Under the pieces are notes generated by a model. That model had not been told where the DNA came from. It did not search any database and worked only from the letters and a program-made list of their open reading frames with translations. The position numbers and the translations under genes were made by a program. A DNA stretch of 62,260 nucleotides from a virus (lineage: Duplodnaviria; Caudoviricetes): the IMG/VR virus record IMGVR_UViG_3300027780_000014, positions 1-62,260 of that record; one strand, written 5' to 3'. Positions within the stretch are counted from its first letter, which is position 1, and each line of letters starts with the position of its first letter. This document shows, in pieces, positions 1-8,668 of this stretch.

Positions 1-162
1 AAGTTGTGTATCTGTAGCTACACTAAGCACTTCATATAATTCTTTATCAGGCCCATAAAAAATATGACCTGTTTTAACTGTGTTTAGAAAAAACGTTCCA
101 ACACCAGATACTACGGCAGAACCGTTAATAACTGTTACTGTACCTACATTATACCAAGCCAT
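1..162 (-). CDS. tail fibre protein, N-terminal part (runs off the left edge)
   Basis: Hand translation from ATG at 162: MAWYNVGTVTVINGSAVVSGVGTFFLNTVKTGHIFYGPDKELYEVLSVATDTQL, a typical fibre N-terminal anchor (WY.GTV.V.NGS..V.G.GT). AAGGT SD upstream. Not in the ORF track. Confidence 0.75.
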   Translation of the reverse strand, partial: MAWYNVGTVTVINGSAVVSGVGTFFLNTVKTGHIFYGPDKELYEVLSVATDTQL

Positions 163-202
163 ACCATCTTACCTTATATTTAATTACTTTTAACGTAAAA
201 AT

Positions 203-1117
203 TTAATCAATGTCTTGAAAAACAGTAGAACTATTGACTGCATCTTTAGTAAATTGAAGTATCGCATCCCAATCAGAGAAAGCGTTATTATAATCGTATA
301 TGTATTGTTTTACTCTAACAATCTCATTATTAACAATTGTTGCTCCATACCACGTAGAATATGCCCCTACCTTATGTGGGAGATCAAAAGCTGCTTCAAC
401 ATATAATGGATCCCCAGTAAAATATAAATCATAGTGCTCTGGAAAAATAAAATTAGCATCGTATACTTTATTATAACTCCTACAAATTACGCTACATTCA
501 GTTGGAAGTAACGGATGTGTTTCATCGCACAAAACATACCGTTTATCATAAATTTTATTACTTGTTAAACAGTATTTTGTTGCAATTGCTCCAATATGCC
601 CTTCTGGGCAACGAAGCAACGGTTGTTTATTTGAATACTTTAAAACAGTAATTACTTTTTCTTGTAAGACTGAATGAAATAAGTCACTAGACATTGCACT
701 AAAATCTGTTTGATCCTCATTTGGAAATTTTTCTGTAATTATGTCTCTGAGTCTCTGAGGGCAGTTATGCATTAAGTAAGAAGTTTTATCTTGCCCGTCT
801 ACTGTGCATACCTCTTCAATTTCATGATTAATTGGCTCTTCTTCGCCTATATCAAAGCATTCACAATCTAACAATGTCTGTATTTGGCTTCTGATTTTTT
901 CATCAGTTACAGGATTAACTACAAGTATTGTAGTTTGTATACTGTCATGTCTATGGTCATGTTGAATTTTATTGTTATGTAATTCAGTGTGGTAATTAGT
1001 ACTTTTATCTAAAGTTGGAACTACTTCTCCATTAACTTTTGAAAGACGTTCTTTACATATTTTAACTGTAACAATACTATCAATACCTTTGTCTTTTTGA
1101 TCTAGTATTTCATACAT
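203..1117 (-). CDS. hypothetical protein (tail gene cluster)
   Basis: 304-aa ORF with GAGGT SD, co-directional with tail genes; no motif recognised. Confidence 0.75.
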   Translation of the reverse strand: MYEILDQKDKGIDSIVTVKICKERLSKVNGEVVPTLDKSTNYHTELHNNKIQHDHRHDSIQTTILVVNPVTDEKIRSQIQTLLDCECFDIGEEEPINHEIEEVCTVDGQDKTSYLMHNCPQRLRDIITEKFPNEDQTDFSAMSSDLFHSVLQEKVITVLKYSNKQPLLRCPEGHIGAIATKYCLTSNKIYDKRYVLCDETHPLLPTECSVICRSYNKVYDANFIFPEHYDLYFTGDPLYVEAAFDLPHKVGAYSTWYGATIVNNEIVRVKQYIYDYNNAFSDWDAILQFTKDAVNSSTVFQDID

Positions 1118-1125
1118 ACTTTACC

Positions 1126-2217
1126 TCAATCATAGTAAGAAGCTCTTGATATCATAAAAGGATTAGAATTTGCAGTATTTCTTGAATCATTTTTATAAGG
1201 ATAATAAAAACCTGCAGGAGTTCCTGAACTTGCAAATGCTGCAGTAAGCGCAGTACCACCTACTGCTATAATAAAAAAAGGTAATGATGCACCAAAAGTT
1301 GCAAAAGCTAACGCAGCAGCAAGTATTGCACTTAAAAGTCCTGATTTATTTTCATCTGTATCCCAAGCGTGGCCAGATGCATATATAGAATATGATGACT
1401 GGAAATAAAATCCACTATTTATACGAAAAGCACTACGATAAAAACACCACCATAAATCAGCTCTAGACCATGCATAAAAAAACGAGTTGTATCCCTGCGA
1501 TTGAAACCCCTCGCCGTCACTAGCTGCTTGCCATTCACTACATGAGTGTGCAATAGAAGGGCAATAATACATCATATCAGATGCTGGAACTGTATTATCT
1601 GCACCAACTACTCCTGTTGCAAAAGATAACGGCGCAACATTTACACTTAAATTTACAGTATATGCGGAACTTCCACCAGTATTTGCCATAGAAGGTGAAG
1701 AAGCATTATTTCCTCCTACTACTTTTAATGGCAAAATTCTAGAATCGTAAGTTCTATTATTAGAGCTATTAAATGTTTGTATCCCGTAATCATCTGAAGA
1801 AGTAGCTGCTGCATAAGACATTTCATTAAGTGGTAAAAAACAATATAACGTAGGAGCTGAATGCCCGTAAGTTTGAATAACCCACATTTCCCAGTTAGTT
1901 CCTATCCTAGTAGTAAGAATAACTGATGCATACGGAGCGTTACTTCCTGTACTAATAGGTTTTATAAAACACATAGGGGGAGGGCTATTAGAATTGGCAC
2001 GTGCTGATAAACTATATTTAAAAATGTTGCCATTAACTTGAGTTCCAGCTAAGCCAGTAGGGGTACTTGGGCTATGTTGAGTACTTGTGCCGCCTGACAT
2101 AGCTGGTATTCTTGTTGAATTAAATAATGTAGCTTTACCAGCAAAATGATAATGAGCAAACTCTGAATCAATAAGAATATCATTATCTGTATTTTTTGCA
2201 ATTATTCCATATGTCAT
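1126..2217 (-). CDS. putative tail-tip/receptor-binding protein (MxYG type) with hydrophobic C-terminal segment
   Basis: Starts MTYGIIAKNTDNDILIDS, with an internal second DYGIQTFNSSNNRTYDS repeat as in proteins that follow J-like genes; S/T/N/G-rich. Confidence 0.6.
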   Translation of the reverse strand: MTYGIIAKNTDNDILIDSEFAHYHFAGKATLFNSTRIPAMSGGTSTQHSPSTPTGLAGTQVNGNIFKYSLSARANSNSPPPMCFIKPISTGSNAPYASVILTTRIGTNWEMWVIQTYGHSAPTLYCFLPLNEMSYAAATSSDDYGIQTFNSSNNRTYDSRILPLKVVGGNNASSPSMANTGGSSAYTVNLSVNVAPLSFATGVVGADNTVPASDMMYYCPSIAHSCSEWQAASDGEGFQSQGYNSFFYAWSRADLWWCFYRSAFRINSGFYFQSSYSIYASGHAWDTDENKSGLLSAILAAALAFATFGASLPFFIIAVGGTALTAAFASSGTPAGFYYPYKNDSRNTANSNPFMISRASYYD

Positions 2218-2218
2218 A

Positions 2219-2509
2219 TTATTTTCCCCATACTACAAAAAAAGTTTCTACTGTATTTGATGTATTTGGTGCTGTAGTTGTTAAAGTAGATCCAGACAAT
2301 GTATATGTGTGTACATACGCCTCATCATCACCCGTAACTTGATTTAACATTTGGCGAGTAACAAGCCGTGTATTCATAACAGGTACATTAGTGTATGTCT
2401 GATTTGTATTAGCTGGTGTTTTATAATATCCAAGTACAGTCCATGTTTGGTCTAATGATGAAAACCGTAAAGACCCATCTGATTCATATATTTCAAATCC
2501 GTACGCCAT
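2219..2509 (-). CDS. small tail-tip protein (MxYG type)
   Basis: MAYGFEIYESDGSLRFSS start; overlaps the stop of the upstream J-like gene by 1 nt. Confidence 0.6.
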   Translation of the reverse strand: MAYGFEIYESDGSLRFSSLDQTWTVLGYYKTPANTNQTYTNVPVMNTRLVTRQMLNQVTGDDEAYVHTYTLSGSTLTTTAPNTSNTVETFFVVWGK

Positions 2510-3855
2510 TACGTAAGATTTCCTATTTTAACGCGTAAATTTGTGCCTTCCCAAACTTCAATACTGTCTGAATCTATTATCATTCTACTACCTGTGCCTG
2601 TTGCGTAAGTACCAGCTCCTACATCAGGTGGGGTAAGGTTAAGTTGATTAGCATTAATTGTAGCAGCAGCTATAAGAGCATTTGTAGCGTTAACATATCC
2701 TATTACGTCATCTGTACCTATTGTAAGATTACTAATATTTGCAGCGTCTATAGTTGCATTCATAATAATCGTATCGCTTATGTACGTACCCGGAGCATTC
2801 CACGTTCCACCACTGTTTACACAAGCTGTTTGACCTGATGCTGATTCACCTCCTATGCTACTAGTGCAAAGACCAGGGGATGTAATAACTCTAAATGGTG
2901 CTACTATGTCGCTAGTTCCTGCTACTTTAAATGAGTTTGCATTAATAATAAACTCACTAAATCCTGCACTAGTAATATCAGTATTTGCAGTATTAAATAA
3001 ACCAAAACCAGCTACATTCCCATTTACATCTGTTTTAATAGTGTACTTGGCTTGCATGGTTCCTAATCCAGGCTGAACAGATGAGCCAATTGTTTCTTCT
3101 ATTGCAGCTACTCTTAAACCATATTCTGTAGCTAACGCAGAACCTGCTGCGCTAGTTATAACGCCTGTATCGGCATCTACTACTACACCAGCATAGCTTA
3201 ACTTTGTTTGATTAGTTGAACTTGTAATCATAGCCTGTAATGCTATTTGTCCTGCTTCATCTAAGTAATCTATAATTTTATTACTTGTAGAAATATCATT
3301 AGACTTAGCAAAAGCAGCTAACTCAAGTTGATCTGTGTTGTATAAAACTGTATTTAATTTTTGAACCATTTGAGCAGAAGTGTTGTTTTCTAAGTCAGTA
3401 ATTAATCCTTCAAGAGCAGTACTGTCAAAAGATAATACACCTGTATCTAAACGAAAACCTAAGTATGCTATTGCTGCATCTGTTACAGTCTTATTATTAG
3501 TATAAATGCCTTCATGTGCATTTAAGTTAGCCTGCATAGCAGCTAACATATTTACAGTTAATTGAGAGTAATGTCTGGCAGAGTAAAGACTATCTTCTAC
3601 TACAACGTTAGGATCTGCATTTCCCCATAATAATGCAAGATCTCTATAGTTTTTAGACTCAATAGCTTTTAAACCAGCAGCAATGTTAGCAGTTTCTGCA
3701 GCAGCTACACTAGCACCAACAGCATTAGCATAAGTAGTAGCTGTGTTTGCAAATGTTTCTGCAACAGCTACTTGGTTTTGAACATTCACAGCTGAGGTTG
3801 CTGCAGAATTAGCTTCTGCTTCTGTTAGTCTTAAATACTCTGCGGCTGTAGTCAT
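2509..3855 (-). CDS. tail protein with J-like (DUF1983-like) C-terminal region
   Basis: Ala-rich coiled-coil N-terminus, then KYTIKTDVNGNVAGFGL...SEFIINANSF...PF, ending LRVKIGNL, characteristic of host-specificity J C-termini. Confidence 0.7.
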   Translation of the reverse strand: MTTAAEYLRLTEAEANSAATSAVNVQNQVAVAETFANTATTYANAVGASVAAAETANIAAGLKAIESKNYRDLALLWGNADPNVVVEDSLYSARHYSQLTVNMLAAMQANLNAHEGIYTNNKTVTDAAIAYLGFRLDTGVLSFDSTALEGLITDLENNTSAQMVQKLNTVLYNTDQLELAAFAKSNDISTSNKIIDYLDEAGQIALQAMITSSTNQTKLSYAGVVVDADTGVITSAAGSALATEYGLRVAAIEETIGSSVQPGLGTMQAKYTIKTDVNGNVAGFGLFNTANTDITSAGFSEFIINANSFKVAGTSDIVAPFRVITSPGLCTSSIGGESASGQTACVNSGGTWNAPGTYISDTIIMNATIDAANISNLTIGTDDVIGYVNATNALIAAATINANQLNLTPPDVGAGTYATGTGSRMIIDSDSIEVWEGTNLRVKIGNLT

Positions 3856-3864
3856 TTTTTATCT

Positions 3865-5457
3865 CTAAACAATATATGAATCATAATGGGAAGATTTTTC
3901 AGTATCATCATCGCTCCATATTACAGAGTTATTATCATCAATGGAAGATTCTACTTCTTGGCTAGGTCTCCAAGAGTTTAAAGAGCCCAGCATAGATATA
4001 GTGTCTATAAAATCGTCATGTTTGCTTTTAAATCCTGCAGCTGACGCTAATGAAAGCTCTTCCATTGCTTCTACTATAATAGGGTCTTGTTTCATTTCTT
4101 CCGGAAACCATATTTTTTTAGTTTTAAACCAAGGTAAAACAATATTAAATCTTTGCATTTTATTTGTAGCTGGCCGTATACCGGGCCTGTTACTGTTGCC
4201 TTCAGACGCTAATGTAAAGTAATTATTGCGGTTAGTCATTTCTCTTTGTATCCACTGAATAAATCCGCCTTGTTGTCCTGTTACTTCTACACCCACTTGC
4301 TGAGGTTTGTACATTTGAGCCAATCTAAACAAGTCATCAATGTTTTGATCCATTAATTGCCGTTTGCATATTCCGTCTACCCATAACCAGTCGCCATTAC
4401 TATTGAGTGCCCAAACCGATATAACACTAAAATCGGCACTACTTTTCTCACTTGTAGCAAAATCACTAGTAATATAAAAATTATAAGCGCCTTTATTATT
4501 AAGAAGCCCTTTACGCTCATACCAAATTAGATCGCCATCTTGAACCAGTCTGTCTTCATCAGACATAATACGTAACATGAGCTCTTGGTTAAATGAAGCA
4601 ATTTGACCAGTTTTAACTGCTCTGTTGTATTGCTCCTCAATGTACTCAAAAGTAAACCGATCTTCCCAAGCGCCTCTGAATTCTTCTTTAGTACAAGGAA
4701 ACTTTTCACAAACTGGGAAAACGTTCACACTCCATGCACCACTCTCTACAGCTTTGTAAAGTGGATCTTTTGAATTAAACGGCGTACCTGACCATATAAT
4801 TCTGCGCCTTTGTGGATGTAAAGCATAGTTAATGGCTTTATAAACTGTATCTTCAATAGATTTAATAACAGTTGGAGATCTTGCATCCTCATCTGAAACT
4901 AAATCATCTAATATGGCTAACGTTGGGCGCTTACCCATTTCCTTACTACCACGTACACCTGTGCTAGCTCCATAGCCTTTAACAATAAAAGTTTTGCCTT
5001 CCGCGTTCCGGAACTCCCATCTAATATCGGTGAATTTAGTATAAGGAACATAAATTTTAAGAAAATCACTATTTTCATAACGGTACTCCAAATTTTTTCT
5101 CATATTTTTAACACCGTTCTCAATACTGTCTGAGACATACAGTGCTAATTCGACTTCAAATTCCGGAAATCCGCCATAAGTAGCTATATAAAGAAAGAGA
5201 TACTCTCCCATTAAAGTAGTTTTAGCGGATCCTCGAAATAACATGTTTAATACGTCAGCATCGCCTGTGGCAATTTGATCTAACATTTTGTAATGAAGCA
5301 CTGGAGTCATGTTCTCCTCGCCTTCTGCGCCATTTACCAACTTTATAAAGTTAACAAATTCTAGTGCAAAATTAGAGGGTACATAGTACGGATCTGTGTC
5401 AAAACTTACCGCATGTACCAGACTTTCTACTGATTTTGGATTTTGTGTTAAAGACAT
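3865..5457 (-). CDS. terL: terminase large subunit (N4 gp68-like)
   Basis: FRGSAKTT Walker A, LAILDD Walker B, nuclease motifs DFATSEKSSADFS and KHDDFIDT. Confidence 0.95.
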   Translation of the reverse strand: MSLTQNPKSVESLVHAVSFDTDPYYVPSNFALEFVNFIKLVNGAEGEENMTPVLHYKMLDQIATGDADVLNMLFRGSAKTTLMGEYLFLYIATYGGFPEFEVELALYVSDSIENGVKNMRKNLEYRYENSDFLKIYVPYTKFTDIRWEFRNAEGKTFIVKGYGASTGVRGSKEMGKRPTLAILDDLVSDEDARSPTVIKSIEDTVYKAINYALHPQRRRIIWSGTPFNSKDPLYKAVESGAWSVNVFPVCEKFPCTKEEFRGAWEDRFTFEYIEEQYNRAVKTGQIASFNQELMLRIMSDEDRLVQDGDLIWYERKGLLNNKGAYNFYITSDFATSEKSSADFSVISVWALNSNGDWLWVDGICKRQLMDQNIDDLFRLAQMYKPQQVGVEVTGQQGGFIQWIQREMTNRNNYFTLASEGNSNRPGIRPATNKMQRFNIVLPWFKTKKIWFPEEMKQDPIIVEAMEELSLASAAGFKSKHDDFIDTISMLGSLNSWRPSQEVESSIDDNNSVIWSDDDTEKSSHYDSYIV

Positions 5458-5633
5458 AGGCTTTCTTGCTCAAAAATAAAAACAACATGTGCTGCTTCCA
5501 TCTTTTTTAATAAAAAAATAAATTCATCTGCACTAGCAGATTTAATAATTCTTTTAGATTCTATTAATTCTATAAAAACTACTAAATCTTTTACACAGAA
5601 GAAAAAGTTTTTTATTTTAAAAAAATCGAACAC
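5448..5633 (-). CDS. hypothetical protein (start uncertain)
   Basis: Fills the gap between terL and the upstream gene; the frame stays open to a CTG at 5684. Confidence 0.45.
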   Translation of the reverse strand: MFDFFKIKNFFFCVKDLVVFIELIESKRIIKSASADEFIFLLKKMEAAHVVFIFEQESLCL

Positions 5634-5661
5634 TTCGCCATCAAAAGCAAAAGTGCTCCCG

Positions 5662-5973
5662 TTAAGTTTTGTTAAATAGTCCAGAAAAGTTTTCCCAGTC
5701 TGCAGGTTGTCTTTTATCTACAGCTACAGCTGTATTAGGGGCAGATTTAGTAAAATCTATATTACTTAATTCTGGTTTATTTGACGGAGGTAGATCCATA
5801 TTAAAACTGCCAGGATCGGCGATAGGTGTATTTACAGCCATATTAAACATCTCAGGGCTTTGCTGCTCTAAATTACTAACACCTGTAGCATATTGCTCAA
5901 GGGGCAAGTTACCAGCAAGGTATTGCTTGTGCATACTAGATAAAATACTCTGCAGCCCAGAGATTTCTGCCAT
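5662..5973 (-). CDS. hypothetical protein
   Basis: 103 aa, TAATG-coupled to the upstream gene. Confidence 0.7.
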   Translation of the reverse strand: MAEISGLQSILSSMHKQYLAGNLPLEQYATGVSNLEQQSPEMFNMAVNTPIADPGSFNMDLPPSNKPELSNIDFTKSAPNTAVAVDKRQPADWENFSGLFNKT

Positions 5974-6680
5974 TACTCTACCACCTCACCTTCTAAAATT
6001 TGGCTATGTGCTACTTCTTTAGCATTCATCATTCCTGACTTTATCATATCCCGCTGGCTTGCAGCTAGTGCCATAGTAGCTTGTCTTAGATCATTAATAG
6101 TCTTATCTTCCTTCATACCAACGTCCAGCTCTATCTTAGTAATCTCAGGACGCTTTAAATGGGTCAGAAGACTATTCGCGGCATCGCTACGAACCTTCTC
6201 ACTATTAGCATGAACCATCAACTCCGCTTGTACGTTAAGTGCTCTTTGAAACACATCTGCATTAAGGATATGAGAAGGTATTAAAGTTTGTTCATATATT
6301 TTATTAACTAGCTGATTTTTATTATATGCAGAAGCATAAGCACTAACTCTATGGTCATCCACACCATCATCGAGCAATCGCTTATACCGCTTAGGAAAGG
6401 TTTTTACATATGACTCTAAGTTACTAGAACCAAGCATCTTATAACTTACATACTTAACGGCGGAGATATAATCCTCCACCTTGTACCGGCCTTGAGCCAA
6501 AACACTCGCATAGCCGACTAGGTTATCCCGCAGTTCTTCTCTAGTGGATTGGTCTTGTAGTAGGGAATTGATATTGCCCATAAGCTCGTCGCTTATACGG
6601 CCTTTCATAGCTTTAGGCAGAGTAGCCTTAAACTCTTCTTTTGAGAGGTAAACTTCAGTTACTGCAGTAGATTGATCCAT
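5973..6680 (-). CDS. N4 gp69-like protein, putative terminase small subunit
   Basis: Y..AVKYVSYK.LG, YNKNQLVNKIYEQ and SEKVRSDAANSLLTHLKRPE motifs resemble the conserved N4-like gene upstream of terL. Confidence 0.8.
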   Translation of the reverse strand: MDQSTAVTEVYLSKEEFKATLPKAMKGRISDELMGNINSLLQDQSTREELRDNLVGYASVLAQGRYKVEDYISAVKYVSYKMLGSSNLESYVKTFPKRYKRLLDDGVDDHRVSAYASAYNKNQLVNKIYEQTLIPSHILNADVFQRALNVQAELMVHANSEKVRSDAANSLLTHLKRPEITKIELDVGMKEDKTINDLRQATMALAASQRDMIKSGMMNAKEVAHSQILEGEVVE

Positions 6681-6736
6681 AGGTATAACCGTTTATATTT
6701 ATAACACAGTTATAGTCTATTATAATTTATATAATA

Positions 6737-6792
6737 AAGATACTCGAAGAAGACAGCTCTCGCTTCGCTTCGCTGTCTCCTTCTCGTATCTT
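6737..6792. repeat. long imperfect inverted repeat in the putative terminal region
   Basis: AAGATAC..GAAG.AGACAGC pairs with GCTGTCT.CTTC..GTATCTT; the loop contains GCTTCGCTTCGC. Confidence 0.8.
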
Positions 6793-6984
6793 CCTTAACA
6801 GGAGTAGTATAAGTACATACTATAATAGGAATATTAACATTACAAGTAATATATTATATATACATATAGATAAGATAATACTAATACAGGTATTTAAAGA
6901 AAAATAATAATTAGGTATGGTTGTAGTACTAATGACCCACAGAACTAACAGCAGAGACACCCCCCCTCTTAATAACGAGTAACG

Positions 6985-7021
6985 TCCCTTGTTCCATATG
7001 GAGTGGCATAACATCGTGCCA
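6985..7021 (+). promoter_or_regulatory. early motif copy 1 (TTCCATATGG plus TGGCA/TGCCA hairpin), candidate early promoter
   Basis: Shared with 7368-7404 and 7858-7876; lies just before the first + strand gene. Confidence 0.6.
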
Positions 7022-7039
7022 TAACCAGGAGAATACCTT

Positions 7040-7258
7040 ATGTTTAAATTCATCTCAGCTACCATCACCTCAGTGTGTGCATCATTCACCGACATCTTAA
7101 CGTTGGTGGACATAGCAGTGGACGAAAGCATCCACGAGTCACTAGACTCAGCATCAGTTGGTATCAACAAGTTGAGCACTACGCATCAACAGCGTATAGC
7201 GCACCTACATGCCATAACTGCACGTAGAGCAGGCATCCCAGCCAAAGCAGCTAAATAA
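7040..7258 (+). CDS. first early protein (N4 gp1 position)
   Basis: AGGAG SD, amphipathic S/T-rich helices, followed by a terminator. The gp1 analogy is positional. Confidence 0.65.
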   Translation: MFKFISATITSVCASFTDILTLVDIAVDESIHESLDSASVGINKLSTTHQQRIAHLHAITARRAGIPAKAAK

Positions 7259-7279
7259 ACTACCATCTACCGTAGTTCT

Positions 7280-7306
7280 AATCCAACCTTCGGGTTGGTT
7301 TTTTTT
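7280..7306 (+). terminator. intrinsic terminator
   Basis: CCAACC-TTCG-GGTTGG followed by T8. Confidence 0.9.
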
Positions 7307-7367
7307 ATAGACACTTCAACACCACACACAACACAAGAGAGTTAAGATTGTTATATCTTGTTGAATC

Positions 7368-7404
7368 CTCACTCCTTTCCATATGGGATGGCACAATCCG
7401 TGTC
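7368..7404 (+). promoter_or_regulatory. early motif copy 2, candidate early promoter
   Basis: CTCACTCCTTTCCATATGG then a GGCAC/GTGTC hairpin. Confidence 0.6.
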
Positions 7405-7419
7405 TTTAATTAAAGGAAC

Positions 7420-7782
7420 ATGATCATGAAGAAAGCACAAGCAAATAAGACTGTACAAGCCAATGGTTCGCAAGCACCAGGCATTTACGTAAACACACAG
7501 TCAGGTGAGCAAGCAGGTATCATTAATCTGCACTCTAGCATTAGGCAGTTTTGGGATAAGATCGTCCCATCTGCCTTAGAGAAGATGCAGGGTGACCTGT
7601 TCCTTACTACCCACGATAAGGGTGTGACCATTTGCAAGAAAGGGGAAAATGGAAACACTGTGCATATTGGGTGGGTAAATGGCGCCGAAGACGGTAAAGC
7701 TGTCTTCTTAGAAAAGTTTGGTACCGAGGTATTACGCTTCAGTGTACCTACCACAGCTGCAGATATGGGTGACCTTATCTAA
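7420..7782 (+). CDS. early protein, possible gp2/Drc-like ssDNA-binding RNAPII activator
   Basis: Second early unit, AAGGA SD, size and flexible K/Q/N N-terminus followed by a YVN strand. Function is inferred mainly from position. Confidence 0.5.
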   Translation: MIMKKAQANKTVQANGSQAPGIYVNTQSGEQAGIINLHSSIRQFWDKIVPSALEKMQGDLFLTTHDKGVTICKKGENGNTVHIGWVNGAEDGKAVFLEKFGTEVLRFSVPTTAADMGDLI

Positions 7783-7787
7783 AGCGT

Positions 7788-7823
7788 AGAGGGATTGGGC
7801 GTAAGCTCAGTCTCTCTTTTTTT
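7788..7823 (+). terminator. intrinsic terminator
   Basis: AGAGGGATTGGGC-GTAA-GCTCAGTCTCTCT followed by a T run. Confidence 0.88.
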
Positions 7824-7857
7824 ATCATAAGTTAGTTACTTTCCACTGACCTCCTCT

Positions 7858-7876
7858 CTCACTCCTTTCCACTTGG
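7858..7876 (+). promoter_or_regulatory. early motif copy 3, candidate early promoter
   Basis: CTCACTCCTTTCCA is identical to 7368-7381 (14 bp), followed by CTTGG. Confidence 0.6.
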
Positions 7877-7913
7877 TACCGGAATTGTAAAATTAATAAA
7901 TATAAGGATTAAT

Positions 7914-8162
7914 ATGAAATATCCAAAGTTTATAGTAGATATGTATAAAGAGTCATGTATTTATGGCGCCAATGTGACCATAGATGATGTAGAGCTGGAG
8001 TGTGCAGCTTACGAATCAGAACTGGGATACAGTATGGATCCAGCTTTTGAATCTAATTGGTACGAAGATTTGTATCAATATGTAGAATCTGAAAAAGATC
8101 GCGCAGCTGATATGAAAGCTGATAACGAATGGCTGGCTTCAGCTGGCTGGGGAGAAATGTAA
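7914..8162 (+). CDS. small acidic early protein
   Basis: AAGGA SD; about 19 D/E versus 6 K/R in 82 aa; ends LASAGWGEM. Confidence 0.8.
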   Translation: MKYPKFIVDMYKESCIYGANVTIDDVELECAAYESELGYSMDPAFESNWYEDLYQYVESEKDRAADMKADNEWLASAGWGEM

Positions 8163-8240
8163 TGCAACATGGCTAGGAAAGCTAGTCGTTGGAGACCAGG
8201 CACAAGTCTGGTCTATAGAATTATTAACTTGGAGAATATT

Positions 8241-8510
8241 ATGCGTCCAAAAATAAAAAGTAGACCACATCAGGTCTCAACACAAAAGGTAATTAAGCTA
8301 TTCGGCTTAGTTACAGTAATACTAGGAATTTCAGCAGTAATTGCTCTTGTTATCCTTGTAGGAATCAAGGAATATAAAGGGTATAAGGCGTACAAAGTAA
8401 CCTGGGATTCCCAGAACGAATGTATAGCCTACATGGTGCGATTAGGCATCGAAAGACGTGATATAGAGCGGTCTGGCAAAGGCTGCATAATTGTAGGAGA
8501 AGAGTCATGA
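8241..8510 (+). CDS. membrane-anchored hypothetical protein
   Basis: GGAG SD supports the ATG at 8241 (track start 8169); one long hydrophobic helix. Confidence 0.7.
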   Translation: MRPKIKSRPHQVSTQKVIKLFGLVTVILGISAVIALVILVGIKEYKGYKAYKVTWDSQNECIAYMVRLGIERRDIERSGKGCIIVGEES

Positions 8511-8668
8511 AATTGGCTGAAGATTACTGGCACGAGGAAACTGATGACCGGGAAGAGTTTAACCGGTTGTTTCCGCGTAAGAATGCCCTAAAACTGATGG
8601 GGCGTTCTACTATTGGTGAGGAAACTTACGAAAACCAGGACTCAGAGCTCGAAATTGAGCCTGGGTGA
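8507..8668 (+). CDS. small acidic hypothetical protein (53 aa)
   Basis: Hand translation MKLAEDYWHEETDDREEF...EIEPG; AGGAG SD, ATGA overlap; below the track cutoff. Confidence 0.65.
   Translation: MKLAEDYWHEETDDREEFNRLFPRKNALKLMGRSTIGEETYENQDSELEIEPG

Noticed and set aside
6820-7179. 119-aa minus-strand ORF over the terminal/early region
   Set aside because: Overlaps a better-supported + gene and the regulatory motifs, and runs through low-complexity AT sequence.
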